A stretch of DNA of 42,924 nucleotides, taken from the IMG/VR virus record IMGVR_UViG_3300042549_003167; one strand, given 5' to 3'. Numbering within the stretch: the stretch's first letter is position 1; every line of letters starts with the position of its first letter. The translations under genes and the position numbers were made by a program. This document shows positions 33,735 to 42,924 of the stretch, piece after piece. The DNA comes from a virus. Taxonomy: Duplodnaviria > Heunggongvirae > Uroviricota > Caudoviricetes. Below the pieces are notes generated by a model. That model had not been told where the DNA came from. It searched no databases and was given only the letters and a program-made list of their open reading frames with translations.

Positions 33735-36700
33735 TAGAATTTACATTTAAAGTCTTTAGTACTTAGATCTGTTTCTGTTTCAGGCTGTGAATTTACTTCA
33801 TTTTCAACAATACCTGTAAAGTATTTTATAATCTCTGAATTAGGAATCTCATCAGTCACCTTACCTGTGTTATTATCTAACTCAGAAGGTTTATTAAACT
33901 TATAGTATTCAGAAATAAATTGTCCATCACCATATAAGTTTACCATCTTGAATACAAACTTTCCTTGATATGTTCTCAATGCTTCACCACTTATAAACTT
34001 AACTTTCTGATAACCAAACATTTGTCCAATTATAGGATCACCTTTGGCTTTTAATTCTGCATATCCTGCTCTTGTAATAGTCTTACCAGTCATGAAGTCA
34101 ATCATCTCACCATACTTAGTGGTGATGATACGTGGAATTGTAATCATATCATAGCCAGCAGCTTTAGATCTTTCACCTACAGATAGTACAAGTTTATCAT
34201 TCTCACCTATACCAACCTCTGGGATTTCTACAAAGCCTGTAAACTTGTATTGAGAAACTATTTCATTCTTAAACTCACCAAGTTCTGTTATAGACTCTTC
34301 ATCAATATAAGGAGCAATAGCAGGAGTGATATCTGGATTCTTCCAATTGTTTCTTTGGAACCAATTGTTCTTAGCAAACTCTTGAACGTTCGTATCTACC
34401 ACAGCTGTGTTTACAATATCTTTTACTTCTGTAGAATAGTCTTCAATAGGAACAATGTTCTTAATAGATACAGCAGATTGATAGGTACCTTGTATAATAG
34501 CTACTTTGATAAGATCTTTGAATAGTTGGTTAGTATTTGGATTGTCTCTCAACTCTCTCATCATACCAATATACATGTTCTCGTCATAAGCTTCTTTAGT
34601 ATTAGCTTTAAGCTTAATAGTCTTAGGGCTATTTGGTCTTTCTGCAGACACTACAACTAAGTCTTGTAGTATTTGCACATTAGGATATTTTTGTTTATCT
34701 TCTTCTAACTTCACTGCTACAGATCCTGGACCAAAAGATAACTCACTGATATTCAATGCGTTCTTTCTACCTGTTTGAATAATATAATCAAGTAAGCTTG
34801 CTGTTGCTTTCTCAGCCACTCTATTAAATGTATCCTTAGCCATGTAAAACTTCTCAGCATATTGTTGAATAGTATTCTCAAGCACCCCTCTGAATTCAGG
34901 TTGGTTGAACTTAAGAATGGCACCTAGTGCTGAATTAGATTGATCTAACACAGTCTTTTCTGTACCTAAGAAAGAACTGTCTAACACTTTCTGTGGAGAG
35001 CTAATAGCTCCTTTATTTTGTGCACGATCAGTCATCATTTCTTTTCTGTAGAAGTCATCAGCATTTCTAAATGTACTGGTATCATAATTGATAGCCTGTG
35101 TGAAATTGAAGTTCTCATCAGCTAGGGTAACATAAGATAAGAATTCATTCAATATCTTGTGTTGTTCAGCATTCTGAGTTTCATTCATTGTATCCTTAGC
35201 GTAAGAGGATATGTTATCCTCAAAGTTACCTTCAGCAACTGTAGCTGCTTGGATAGCTTTTGTACTTGCAGGGAAGTTTATCTTAGCCTGTTTGATATAA
35301 TCAGCATTGCTTATTGCATATCTAGGAGCACCATTAGCATCTAAGTTCTTAATGTGTTCTCTTATAATAGGCTGGTTCATAAACATAGCCACTGTCTTCA
35401 TAGGAACACCTGCACGCTCTAACAACATAAATGTACCTACAACTCTATTGCTGTATATAATCTTCATGATGTATGGGTCTTTAGCAATATCTACGAAAGC
35501 ATTCGCATACATTGATAACTTATCAGAGATATACTTAGGTTCTTCTGACTGGTCTTTCATACCAGAAAGAGATATATGCTCAAATCCACCATCTTTAAAC
35601 TTGTTGTGTGATAAAGCCATTTCTGTTTGTGGATTCTCTACAAACACATCTGTCTTTTGTGCAAGAGAATTACCTGTAATGTTTACAGCAGCAATACCAA
35701 TCCATCTCTTACCAGTCAAGAATGCATGTCTTTGATTAGTCATGTAGTTTCTATCTAACAATCTATTCTTGATATCACCTTCATCCTCTCCTCTTAATGT
35801 ATCTAAATTACCAGCAATCTCTTTAAGAGTTGTATCTGTATTAGGAGAAGTCAATCTATCAAAGTTATCTGGTAGAGTTAGTAATGTTTCAAGAGATCTA
35901 AAGTATTCATTCTCAAGAGATTGTTTGTATAACTTGTCAGCTAATGTACCATAGTCATCAATTCTACTTCCAGATATCTCACTATTGATATCTAACATTG
36001 CTTTGATATCTTCCTCAAAGATGAATTTCTTGATAGCCTCTTTAGCTTGATCTCCATATCCAAAGAATGGTACAGACTTGATTTCTCCAGAAGGAGTTAC
36101 ATATATGTTCTTTAAGTATAGATTTAATTTATCTATGTCAAAGTCAGATCCAGCCTTTGTAGTGATTTCAGAAGGAACTACAATTGTCTTACCCATAAAC
36201 TCAGGTAAGAAACCTTTGATTCTAAATACCTCTGCAGAGTTTAATCCCTGTGTTGGAATACGAAATCCTATACCTTTTAATATCTCTGAATCTTTCAATA
36301 ACTCAATTAACTCTTCATCAGTTTTACCTTGAGGTAATTGTTTCTTAAACCATGCAGGAAGGTATACCTCCATGTATGGATCTTCTTTACTGTAGAATTT
36401 AAGAGCAGACTTCTTTAATCCTTCTCCTCTAGACTCACCAGCTTTCTCCCACATTGTTACAGGAACCTGTACAGCAGGGAAACCATTTACCTTAGGAGAT
36501 ACAATAGACTTGTCTACAATTGAATACAAGATGCTCTTGATCTGGATGTAGTTTGTTGATGCTTCGAATGGAATATAAAACTCTCCAATTTCTGGATCAA
36601 TAGATATACTATCAATACCATTCTCAGACATTTTTCTCTTAAGCATCTCCTGTCTTAATGTATCAGCTACAACAGTCTTATCTTTAACAACAAAGTTGTC

Positions 36701-39700
36701 ACCTAGATCTTCAATACTAAGCTTTCTTAATAACTCTTGATATCCATTAAGTAACATCTCTTTCAACACCTCAGTGTTCTTTTCTACTGCCTTTTTAGCA
36801 GCTTCATTATTAGCTTTACCATCACTGTATAAGTCAACAGTGGCAAGCTTAGTTAACTGAGAACCAAGGGTTTGTTTGCTATCTTTATCATAGCTATTCT
36901 CTACTTGAATACCATAAGCATCCCAGCCAACATTGATTGTATTGTTAAATGCTTCTTCATTAAAGTTACCATCTTCATTATATAATTTGTGTAACTTCTC
37001 AGCACCCACCTTTCTACCAGAAACTACAACAGCATAGTCATAACCTTCTTTGAACATCTTCTCATAAAGCTTACCTAAATTAGTTCCTTTGATAGCCTTA
37101 TAATATAAAGGCATTTGAGAGAACTTATCTAATACAAGGTCAAAGTTTGTTTTACCAAACTTATTACCAGATACAATAGGTTTTAATTCCTCTATAAAAT
37201 TCTTAGGCTCAGATTGTTCTATTAACGCTTCATCATGTTTACGAAGAGCTTCGCTTTTATATTTGTAGCCAGGAACATTCTGTCTTGTGTAAGCCATTTG
37301 CCATTGATGCCATACTTCAGCCTCATCAGACCATTGACCATTCTTTAACTTCACTTCTTTAAATGCACCATCCATAATCCAAGAAGCAGCATCTGCCTCA
37401 TTTGTCTTAGGATAAAAACTGTCTGTCACTTCTACATCAGCAGCTGTGAATGTCTTAGCAAAGTTTTTATGCTCATGATATCCATAGTCTTCTGATGTTA
37501 ATTGAACACCAGCCACTGTGTTGTATTCACTATTGAATAAGTTATTAAACTCATCAGAGTTTACAGTGATTCTTCTTGGAGATAAGAAAGACTTAATACG
37601 CTTAGTCTCATCTAATTGATTGCCTTCAATCTTAAACTGATATGGATCACCAAACAATATCTTATGGAACTCCACGTTGTTAATCATGTAGTTAGCATTA
37701 GCAAACTTTATAACATTATTAACATCTTGATCTGCCAAAGCTAATTTATTCAAGCCAGCCTTTTCAGTGAATCTATTCTCTAGCTCAGGCATTAAGAAAC
37801 TACCTGCTTGTTTACTAGCAATAACCTTTTGTGTTTCCACTAAGTTTTGTCTAGTCTTGGTAACAGTGTCATTTAATGATTTTAGAATGCTTGAATCTAA
37901 ACCTGGTTGTTCCTCTTTATCCTTACGATTCTTAGCAATGAAATTATTAATCTCTGCTTCTGATGCTCTCTTCTCAATAAGAGTATTTATCTTCTTTAAC
38001 AAGTTAGCAGGAAGCATATCCTTTAAGAATCTAAGCTCTGTAGCTTTATCTCCTACGTTTCTAAGCTTAGCTCTGTTAGTGCTATCTTGAGCTAACTTAA
38101 TCTCATCCTTTAAATATCCTAAGAATGTATCAGTGAATAGCTTATCTGCATTACCAGCAGCTACGTCTGTATAGGCAATTGTATTACCTAAGTTCATCAT
38201 CCACTCTCTAGAACTATCTGCAGGGATTAATACATAATATCTACCATCTAGGTTTTGGTTCATTTCTGTAATGTACCTATCGCCTATGCTTAGAGAAGAT
38301 GTTGTCTTTCCTTCATTGTCTACAACATCCTTAACTCCCTGTATGTATTGTAACTTAATCTCAGCAATTCTATTACCTTCTTTATCAAAGAAGTTACCAC
38401 CTAGTTTTAACACTTGGCTGTTTATAGAGAATACATCATTTAACTGAGGCATGTTCTGCTTCAATTCTTTTAACGTGTCAGAAGAGTTAAATACGTATTC
38501 TAATAAAGAAGGATAGTTTGCATCTGTGTCAGATTGTATTCTATTACCATCTACACCAAAGTATGTGCTGTCTTCTGCAGGAGAAGCAGCAACTGTATAT
38601 AACTTAGCCAGCTCATTTAACTGTGTACGAATACCAAGCTTTCTACCACCAAAGCTCATCAACTCATCTGTCTTACTAAGACCTATCTTAATACCACTTA
38701 CAGCATCACCAAAAGCTTTCTTGTTCTTCACCTTATTGTACACAGCCATTGGAAACTCTATACCCAACTGTGCTAAGAACTCTATCTTATCTTGTGGAAG
38801 CTTAATATTATAATCCTCTTTCTTAACTTTATATACTTTTCCATTAAAGCTAATGATAGAACCAGGCTGTTCAGCCTTAGTCTTCATGTTCTCTATCCAC
38901 TCAGATCTTGTTGCAGCAATAGCAGAAGCTTGATTAGCAGGAGCAGTGTATACATTATTACCATCCATGAACATAGCTAACGCATCAGGTCTTTGTTTTG
39001 TAAACACCTGATAGAAGTTAGTAAACAATCTAATGTCATGAGGTTTGTAAGAATTAAAGTCAATCTTACCAGTGGTTAGGTTACCACCTAAACGTTCAAA
39101 CAATCTAATATAGTCACTGTTTTCTTTAGCTAATTCATGTAGCTTAGATACAAACTCAGGGATACTTCTTGTGTTAGAAAGTCTATTCATTAAAGTTGTA
39201 AACGCTTGATTAAAAGGCAATAACTTAAGTCCACCAATACTAGATGTATCAGCTTCACGACTCAAACCTTTTGTCTTAATCAAAGTACCAATCAATAACT
39301 TAACAGCATATGGAGAAGACTTCTTGAAATTAACAGTGAACGCTTCAGCAGCATAGTCCTTTCTATTAGCTCCATCATCATTAACTGTAACTCTACTATC
39401 TTCATCAAACTCAATTCTGTATGTCTTCAAGAACTCTTTAGTTCTTTCAACTAACTTAGCGTATTGATTCTCAGAGATTTGTGTTACTGGGTTGTCACCA
39501 ATAACATTGTTCTGTATATATTTTTCTCTGATTCTATTAAATAAATCAAAAGCTGTAATATCTTCTATATTAAACAAAGAGCTATTGTTGGCAAATATCT
39601 CACCAAACACTCTAGCTGTAATGTCTTGTACAAACTCATTAGTTTGTTTAGCATTTACACCTTCAATCTTTCTATACTCAGCAGCTTGATTCTTAACAGT

Positions 39701-42700
39701 TTCAGGAAGTGTTCTATCTGCAAACTCACCTGTATTTATAGCTTTGAATAAGTCTTCTTTCAATGTAGGTTTATTTACAAATGATTTGAAGAAGTCCATA
39801 ATAGCTTTGAAGAAGTTCTTAATCTTTTCTGTAAGGTTTCTAGCAGGTAACTTACCAAGTCTAAACTCAGCAAAGTCATCAGCTATTCTTTCCTTAGCTT
39901 GTTGATCTGTAGCATTAGCATAATCTATTCTTCTACCAGACTCTCTGTCTAAGAAAGAACCTGTTTGAGCTTTGAACTCATCAAGGATAGATTGTTGCTC
40001 TCCTTGAGATAAAAACCCTTTCCAGATACCTTCAAATATCTCATGGTATTCTGTACCTCTCTGAGCTCCCTTAAAAAACTTAGCTACACCATTCTCAAAT
40101 GCTCCCCATGCTTTCTCTGTGTTATTAATCTTAATAACATTCTCTAACACTTGATAAGGAATGTTCTTAGCATTCTTAGCATGCCATTCTTTAAACAATG
40201 CAAGCTCAGCATCACTTATTCTATCTACATCTGTTCTACCTATTCTTCTATATTCAGCATCACCAATATTAATGTTCTTAGGTTGTTCTGCTTGTTCAGC
40301 TTTCTCTTCAACAGGAGCTACTTCTACTCTATCTTTAACAAGCTTAGCTGTAATGAACTCAACAGCAAACTTAGCAGCAGTCTCAATAGGTTGATCTAAC
40401 TCATCATACTTACCTAGGTCTTTAAGTTGTTGTGTAGCAACAGCCATTAATTGTGGGTTATCTACAATCTTCTGAATGTTTGGATTCTCACCAACTAACT
40501 CTACAGTGAAGTCACCTTTACTGTCTGTTGTAACTTTATATGTAATAGCTCCTACATTAGACTTATAAGTCTCCACTCCAGCTTCTGCAGGTTTAGCTAC
40601 AGATTGTTTTGGAAGCTCTAAGCCATTTAGAATAATATACTTTTGTTTGTGTGTGTAAGGAACAGCCTCTGTAGGTTTAGCCACAGTGGTTGTTAAAGGA
40701 GCTATACGTCCAGATCCATCAGGATTCTTACTTGCTAACAAATAAGACTGATAGTTCTTCCAGCTTCTTTGTGCTAACTTACCAGCAGCATCTACATAGA
40801 ATTCTATAAAAGGTTCACCTAGTCCTAAGTTAACTGTGAAGCTATTTACATTATGGAACACTCCTTGTAAATCACTTATAATAGGAATCTCTTGCTTTTC
40901 TATATTAGCAAAGTCATATGTGTTGCTTCCAATGTGCAATATAGATCCCTCTATATAAATACGATTGCCACTTCCTTCGCCTACACCTTTTGCTACAGCA
41001 TCTGCATTAGTATAGAATGTAACTCCTTGTAAAAATCTTTTATATATCTCATTAAACTTAACTGGCTTCTTAGCAGCAATTTGTTGCTTAGCTTCATTAG
41101 ACATAGCTTTGAGTACATTATAAACTGCACTTGCTTGGTCTTTAGTTAAGTTAGAATTGTTTAAATATTCTAATGTGTCTTGGTTTTGGAATACAGGTCT
41201 GCCATTAGGAAATTTATAAGTTATACCATCTATATGGTCAATACCTTCTTTAGTCACAACAGTTAAGACTTGTTGTGTAGCAATCTGATTCTCAGGAATA
41301 AGAACACCACCTACAGACTTTTTAACATCATCTGTATTAGCAATACCTCTAGATGGAGTAAAGTTAAATATTGGATACTCTTCTTCAGCAGCCTCTCTTA
41401 AGTCTTTACGATATACTTCGTATGCAGCTAACTCTAATGCAGCTTGTTCTTCTTGACCAGCTCTGTTTCTAGGTTCACCTTTACTATTGTCTAGTTTAGC
41501 AGCAGGCATACCTGTAAACACCACCTTGTTTAATTCCACTTGCTCACCCACCTTACCAATAGGATTGCCATTCTTATCTACAAATTGTCTTTCTCCTTTC
41601 TTATCTTCTACAAACACAAGACCAATGAAACCATAAATAGGATCATTCAATAAGGCTGTATCAAAGTTACCTTCTCTAAAAGATAGTTCACCAAGACCTG
41701 CTAGTCCTAATGCAGCTTCTTGTTTCTGAGTGACAACAATAGCTTTGATATTCTTCTTATTCTTAAAGGTCTTTACCTTGTTTATAAACTCATTGTAACG
41801 TGTAATGTTAGGAGCTAATACTTTCTCCCAGTCAACAGAGGCAGACGTAGAAGAGGTAAACAATATACTTGCATCTTTCTTAGGAGTCTCCTTAGGACTA
41901 GGTGTATTCATTAAGTCTTCATCATTGTTGCCTGTTGGGACAACTCCAGATGTAGCAGCAATATCAGTTTGTGCAGACTTAATCTTATCTGCTACAGCAT
42001 TCATCTTCTCTCTATTAGCTTGAAGATCAGCTTGTTCTTTCAAATATGTTTCTGAAAGTGTATTGAACTCAGTCTCAACAGCATCAATTAATTGTGCATT
42101 GTCTAAAGAGTTAATATACACTAACTTATCTTCTCCCTCAGGAAGTGTAACACCTGCAAACTCAGGAGTAGATAATACATTATCAATAGCAGCATCCATG
42201 ATGTCTTTCAACTCTGGTGACGCTGCACCCTCATCTGCTAAGTCTATTGTTGCAAAATCTTCAGGAGTTAAGAAACGCACATCACCTCTAGGTAACTGCA
42301 CTTCATATTCACCACCCAATGTTTGAGATAACACTTTAATCTTAGGAGCTAATGTAAGTGTATTGTCTTGCTTTCTAACAGGTTGTTTTAAGAAGTACTC
42401 CTTACCAACCTCTAGTTTTCTTTCTGTTTGTATAGGAAAGAACTCTCCTTCTGATGTTACATCTTCTTCTTCTTCTATCACTGTTACAGGCACTTCTCCT
42501 GTAGCACCAAACTCTACGTCAGGCTTAAACTGAAAGTCTGTAGGTTTAGATTTAATAGCATCATATTCATCAATGAATAACTTTCTACGTAAACCTAATT
42601 CAATGATATCAGACAATGCTGTCTTCAAGTCATCTTTAGTCTCAGAAGTTACATCCATCTCATTGATTTGTTTCAATGATTCTTGTACAGCTTCTTTATT

Positions 42701-42924
42701 AGGTTTGTTTTCTTTAATGATACTTTGTAATATGTCTTGTGTATTAACCCCTGCTGTGAACAATAGATTATTTACCTCAGGAATACGTAAGTCATAACTA
42801 CCCACCTTAGCTAAAGAATACACCATTTTATCTAAGATCTCTGATGTATAGCCAGGTTGATTACCATACTTTCTACCCAATGAATCATATAGGTCATCAA
42901 TATTTTTAGTAATCCTTGTAATGT
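33734..42924 (-). CDS. Virion RNA polymerase-containing giant protein, crAss-like, 5'-truncated (>3060 aa)
   Basis: GFRIPTQG and GSDFDIDKL (DFDID at 36131-36145); zincin-like HEIFE at 40031-40045; the frame stays open from the track start (TTG 42880) to the window edge. Confidence 0.9.
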   Translation of the reverse strand, partial: ITRITKNIDDLYDSLGRKYGNQPGYTSEILDKMVYSLAKVGSYDLRIPEVNNLLFTAGVNTQDILQSIIKENKPNKEAVQESLKQINEMDVTSETKDDLKTALSDIIELGLRRKLFIDEYDAIKSKPTDFQFKPDVEFGATGEVPVTVIEEEEDVTSEGEFFPIQTERKLEVGKEYFLKQPVRKQDNTLTLAPKIKVLSQTLGGEYEVQLPRGDVRFLTPEDFATIDLADEGAASPELKDIMDAAIDNVLSTPEFAGVTLPEGEDKLVYINSLDNAQLIDAVETEFNTLSETYLKEQADLQANREKMNAVADKIKSAQTDIAATSGVVPTGNNDEDLMNTPSPKETPKKDASILFTSSTSASVDWEKVLAPNITRYNEFINKVKTFKNKKNIKAIVVTQKQEAALGLAGLGELSFREGNFDTALLNDPIYGFIGLVFVEDKKGERQFVDKNGNPIGKVGEQVELNKVVFTGMPAAKLDNSKGEPRNRAGQEEQAALELAAYEVYRKDLREAAEEEYPIFNFTPSRGIANTDDVKKSVGGVLIPENQIATQQVLTVVTKEGIDHIDGITYKFPNGRPVFQNQDTLEYLNNSNLTKDQASAVYNVLKAMSNEAKQQIAAKKPVKFNEIYKRFLQGVTFYTNADAVAKGVGEGSGNRIYIEGSILHIGSNTYDFANIEKQEIPIISDLQGVFHNVNSFTVNLGLGEPFIEFYVDAAGKLAQRSWKNYQSYLLASKNPDGSGRIAPLTTTVAKPTEAVPYTHKQKYIILNGLELPKQSVAKPAEAGVETYKSNVGAITYKVTTDSKGDFTVELVGENPNIQKIVDNPQLMAVATQQLKDLGKYDELDQPIETAAKFAVEFITAKLVKDRVEVAPVEEKAEQAEQPKNINIGDAEYRRIGRTDVDRISDAELALFKEWHAKNAKNIPYQVLENVIKINNTEKAWGAFENGVAKFFKGAQRGTEYHEIFEGIWKGFLSQGEQQSILDEFKAQTGSFLDRESGRRIDYANATDQQAKERIADDFAEFRLGKLPARNLTEKIKNFFKAIMDFFKSFVNKPTLKEDLFKAINTGEFADRTLPETVKNQAAEYRKIEGVNAKQTNEFVQDITARVFGEIFANNSSLFNIEDITAFDLFNRIREKYIQNNVIGDNPVTQISENQYAKLVERTKEFLKTYRIEFDEDSRVTVNDDGANRKDYAAEAFTVNFKKSSPYAVKLLIGTLIKTKGLSREADTSSIGGLKLLPFNQAFTTLMNRLSNTRSIPEFVSKLHELAKENSDYIRLFERLGGNLTTGKIDFNSYKPHDIRLFTNFYQVFTKQRPDALAMFMDGNNVYTAPANQASAIAATRSEWIENMKTKAEQPGSIISFNGKVYKVKKEDYNIKLPQDKIEFLAQLGIEFPMAVYNKVKNKKAFGDAVSGIKIGLSKTDELMSFGGRKLGIRTQLNELAKLYTVAASPAEDSTYFGVDGNRIQSDTDANYPSLLEYVFNSSDTLKELKQNMPQLNDVFSINSQVLKLGGNFFDKEGNRIAEIKLQYIQGVKDVVDNEGKTTSSLSIGDRYITEMNQNLDGRYYVLIPADSSREWMMNLGNTIAYTDVAAGNADKLFTDTFLGYLKDEIKLAQDSTNRAKLRNVGDKATELRFLKDMLPANLLKKINTLIEKRASEAEINNFIAKNRKDKEEQPGLDSSILKSLNDTVTKTRQNLVETQKVIASKQAGSFLMPELENRFTEKAGLNKLALADQDVNNVIKFANANYMINNVEFHKILFGDPYQFKIEGNQLDETKRIKSFLSPRRITVNSDEFNNLFNSEYNTVAGVQLTSEDYGYHEHKNFAKTFTAADVEVTDSFYPKTNEADAASWIMDGAFKEVKLKNGQWSDEAEVWHQWQMAYTRQNVPGYKYKSEALRKHDEALIEQSEPKNFIEELKPIVSGNKFGKTNFDLVLDKFSQMPLYYKAIKGTNLGKLYEKMFKEGYDYAVVVSGRKVGAEKLHKLYNEDGNFNEEAFNNTINVGWDAYGIQVENSYDKDSKQTLGSQLTKLATVDLYSDGKANNEAAKKAVEKNTEVLKEMLLNGYQELLRKLSIEDLGDNFVVKDKTVVADTLRQEMLKRKMSENGIDSISIDPEIGEFYIPFEASTNYIQIKSILYSIVDKSIVSPKVNGFPAVQVPVTMWEKAGESRGEGLKKSALKFYSKEDPYMEVYLPAWFKKQLPQGKTDEELIELLKDSEILKGIGFRIPTQGLNSAEVFRIKGFLPEFMGKTIVVPSEITTKAGSDFDIDKLNLYLKNIYVTPSGEIKSVPFFGYGDQAKEAIKKFIFEEDIKAMLDINSEISGSRIDDYGTLADKLYKQSLENEYFRSLETLLTLPDNFDRLTSPNTDTTLKEIAGNLDTLRGEDEGDIKNRLLDRNYMTNQRHAFLTGKRWIGIAAVNITGNSLAQKTDVFVENPQTEMALSHNKFKDGGFEHISLSGMKDQSEEPKYISDKLSMYANAFVDIAKDPYIMKIIYSNRVVGTFMLLERAGVPMKTVAMFMNQPIIREHIKNLDANGAPRYAISNADYIKQAKINFPASTKAIQAATVAEGNFEDNISSYAKDTMNETQNAEQHKILNEFLSYVTLADENFNFTQAINYDTSTFRNADDFYRKEMMTDRAQNKGAISSPQKVLDSSFLGTEKTVLDQSNSALGAILKFNQPEFRGVLENTIQQYAEKFYMAKDTFNRVAEKATASLLDYIIQTGRKNALNISELSFGPGSVAVKLEEDKQKYPNVQILQDLVVVSAERPNSPKTIKLKANTKEAYDENMYIGMMRELRDNPNTNQLFKDLIKVAIIQGTYQSAVSIKNIVPIEDYSTEVKDIVNTAVVDTNVQEFAKNNWFQRNNWKNPDITPAIAPYIDEESITELGEFKNEIVSQYKFTGFVEIPEVGIGENDKLVLSVGERSKAAGYDMITIPRIITTKYGEMIDFMTGKTITRAGYAELKAKGDPIIGQMFGYQKVKFISGEALRTYQGKFVFKMVNLYGDGQFISEYYKFNKPSELDNNTGKVTDEIPNSEIIKYFTGIVENEVNSQPETETDLSTKDFKCKF

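Larger units (their letters stand above)
1..42924. mobile_element. Fragment of a crAss-like (Crassvirales-related) tailed phage genome, probable Bacteroidota host
   Basis: Giant virion RNA polymerase with DFDID motif, adjacent giant virion protein, S74-chaperone tail fibres, endolysin/holin, dense small ORFs, no housekeeping genes; A-rich SD-less leaders and TAnnTTTG boxes. Confidence 0.88.

Noticed and set aside
29461-42797. Many 60-140 aa plus-strand ORFs inside the two giant genes
   Set aside because: Antisense shadows with Ser/Leu/Phe-rich composition and no initiation signals
28728-42924. Stop-codon reassignment (TAG/TGA), known in some crAss-like phages
   Set aside because: Genes of 5 kb and over 9 kb are uninterrupted in the standard code and the window is densely tiled
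1-42924. tRNA, rRNA or other structured RNA genes
   Set aside because: No cloverleaf or T-loop signature recognised and intergenic gaps are short; a covariance search was not possible
33734-42924. Intein or intron in the RNAP gene
   Set aside because: No Hint-domain splice motifs, LAGLIDADG/HNH motifs or frame break recognised

Overview
This window is part of a lytic, tailed dsDNA phage genome, most likely crAss-like (Crassvirales-related) and infecting Bacteroidota. The host call rests on A-rich leaders without Shine-Dalgarno sites, TAnnTTTG promoter boxes and D(S/T)x glycosylation sequons. Left to right: (1) 1-7.9 kb, a plus-strand early/accessory cassette of about 25 small ORFs, including a DUF1281/Api92-like protein and a stand-alone ligase adenylation domain; (2) 7.9-11.9 kb, minus strand, a metallopeptidase, a metallophosphoesterase and an elaborate lysis cassette (M15 endolysin, holin, several spanin-like envelope proteins); (3) 11.9-20.1 kb, a divergently transcribed glycosylation island with GT2, GT32, GT8-like and GT4 domains, a plant SGT1/HPAT-like GT, an Aah/TibC-like protein O-heptosyltransferase, two methyltransferases and DUF6165; (4) 20.0-28.6 kb, four tail fibre/appendage genes, two with long proline-free (Gly-Ser/Thr-X)n stalks; (5) 28.7 kb to the edge, two giant virion proteins, one with a PD-(D/E)xK nuclease domain and one a >3060-aa virion RNA polymerase (DFDID motif, 5'-truncated). 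Main candidate systems: a phage-encoded Ser/Thr protein O-glycosylation pathway beside its likely mucin/collagen-like fibre substrates, and a strong enrichment of the 5-mer CCAGT/ACTGG confined to the early cassette. All family assignments come from motif recognition and all counts were made by eye; no searches were run.
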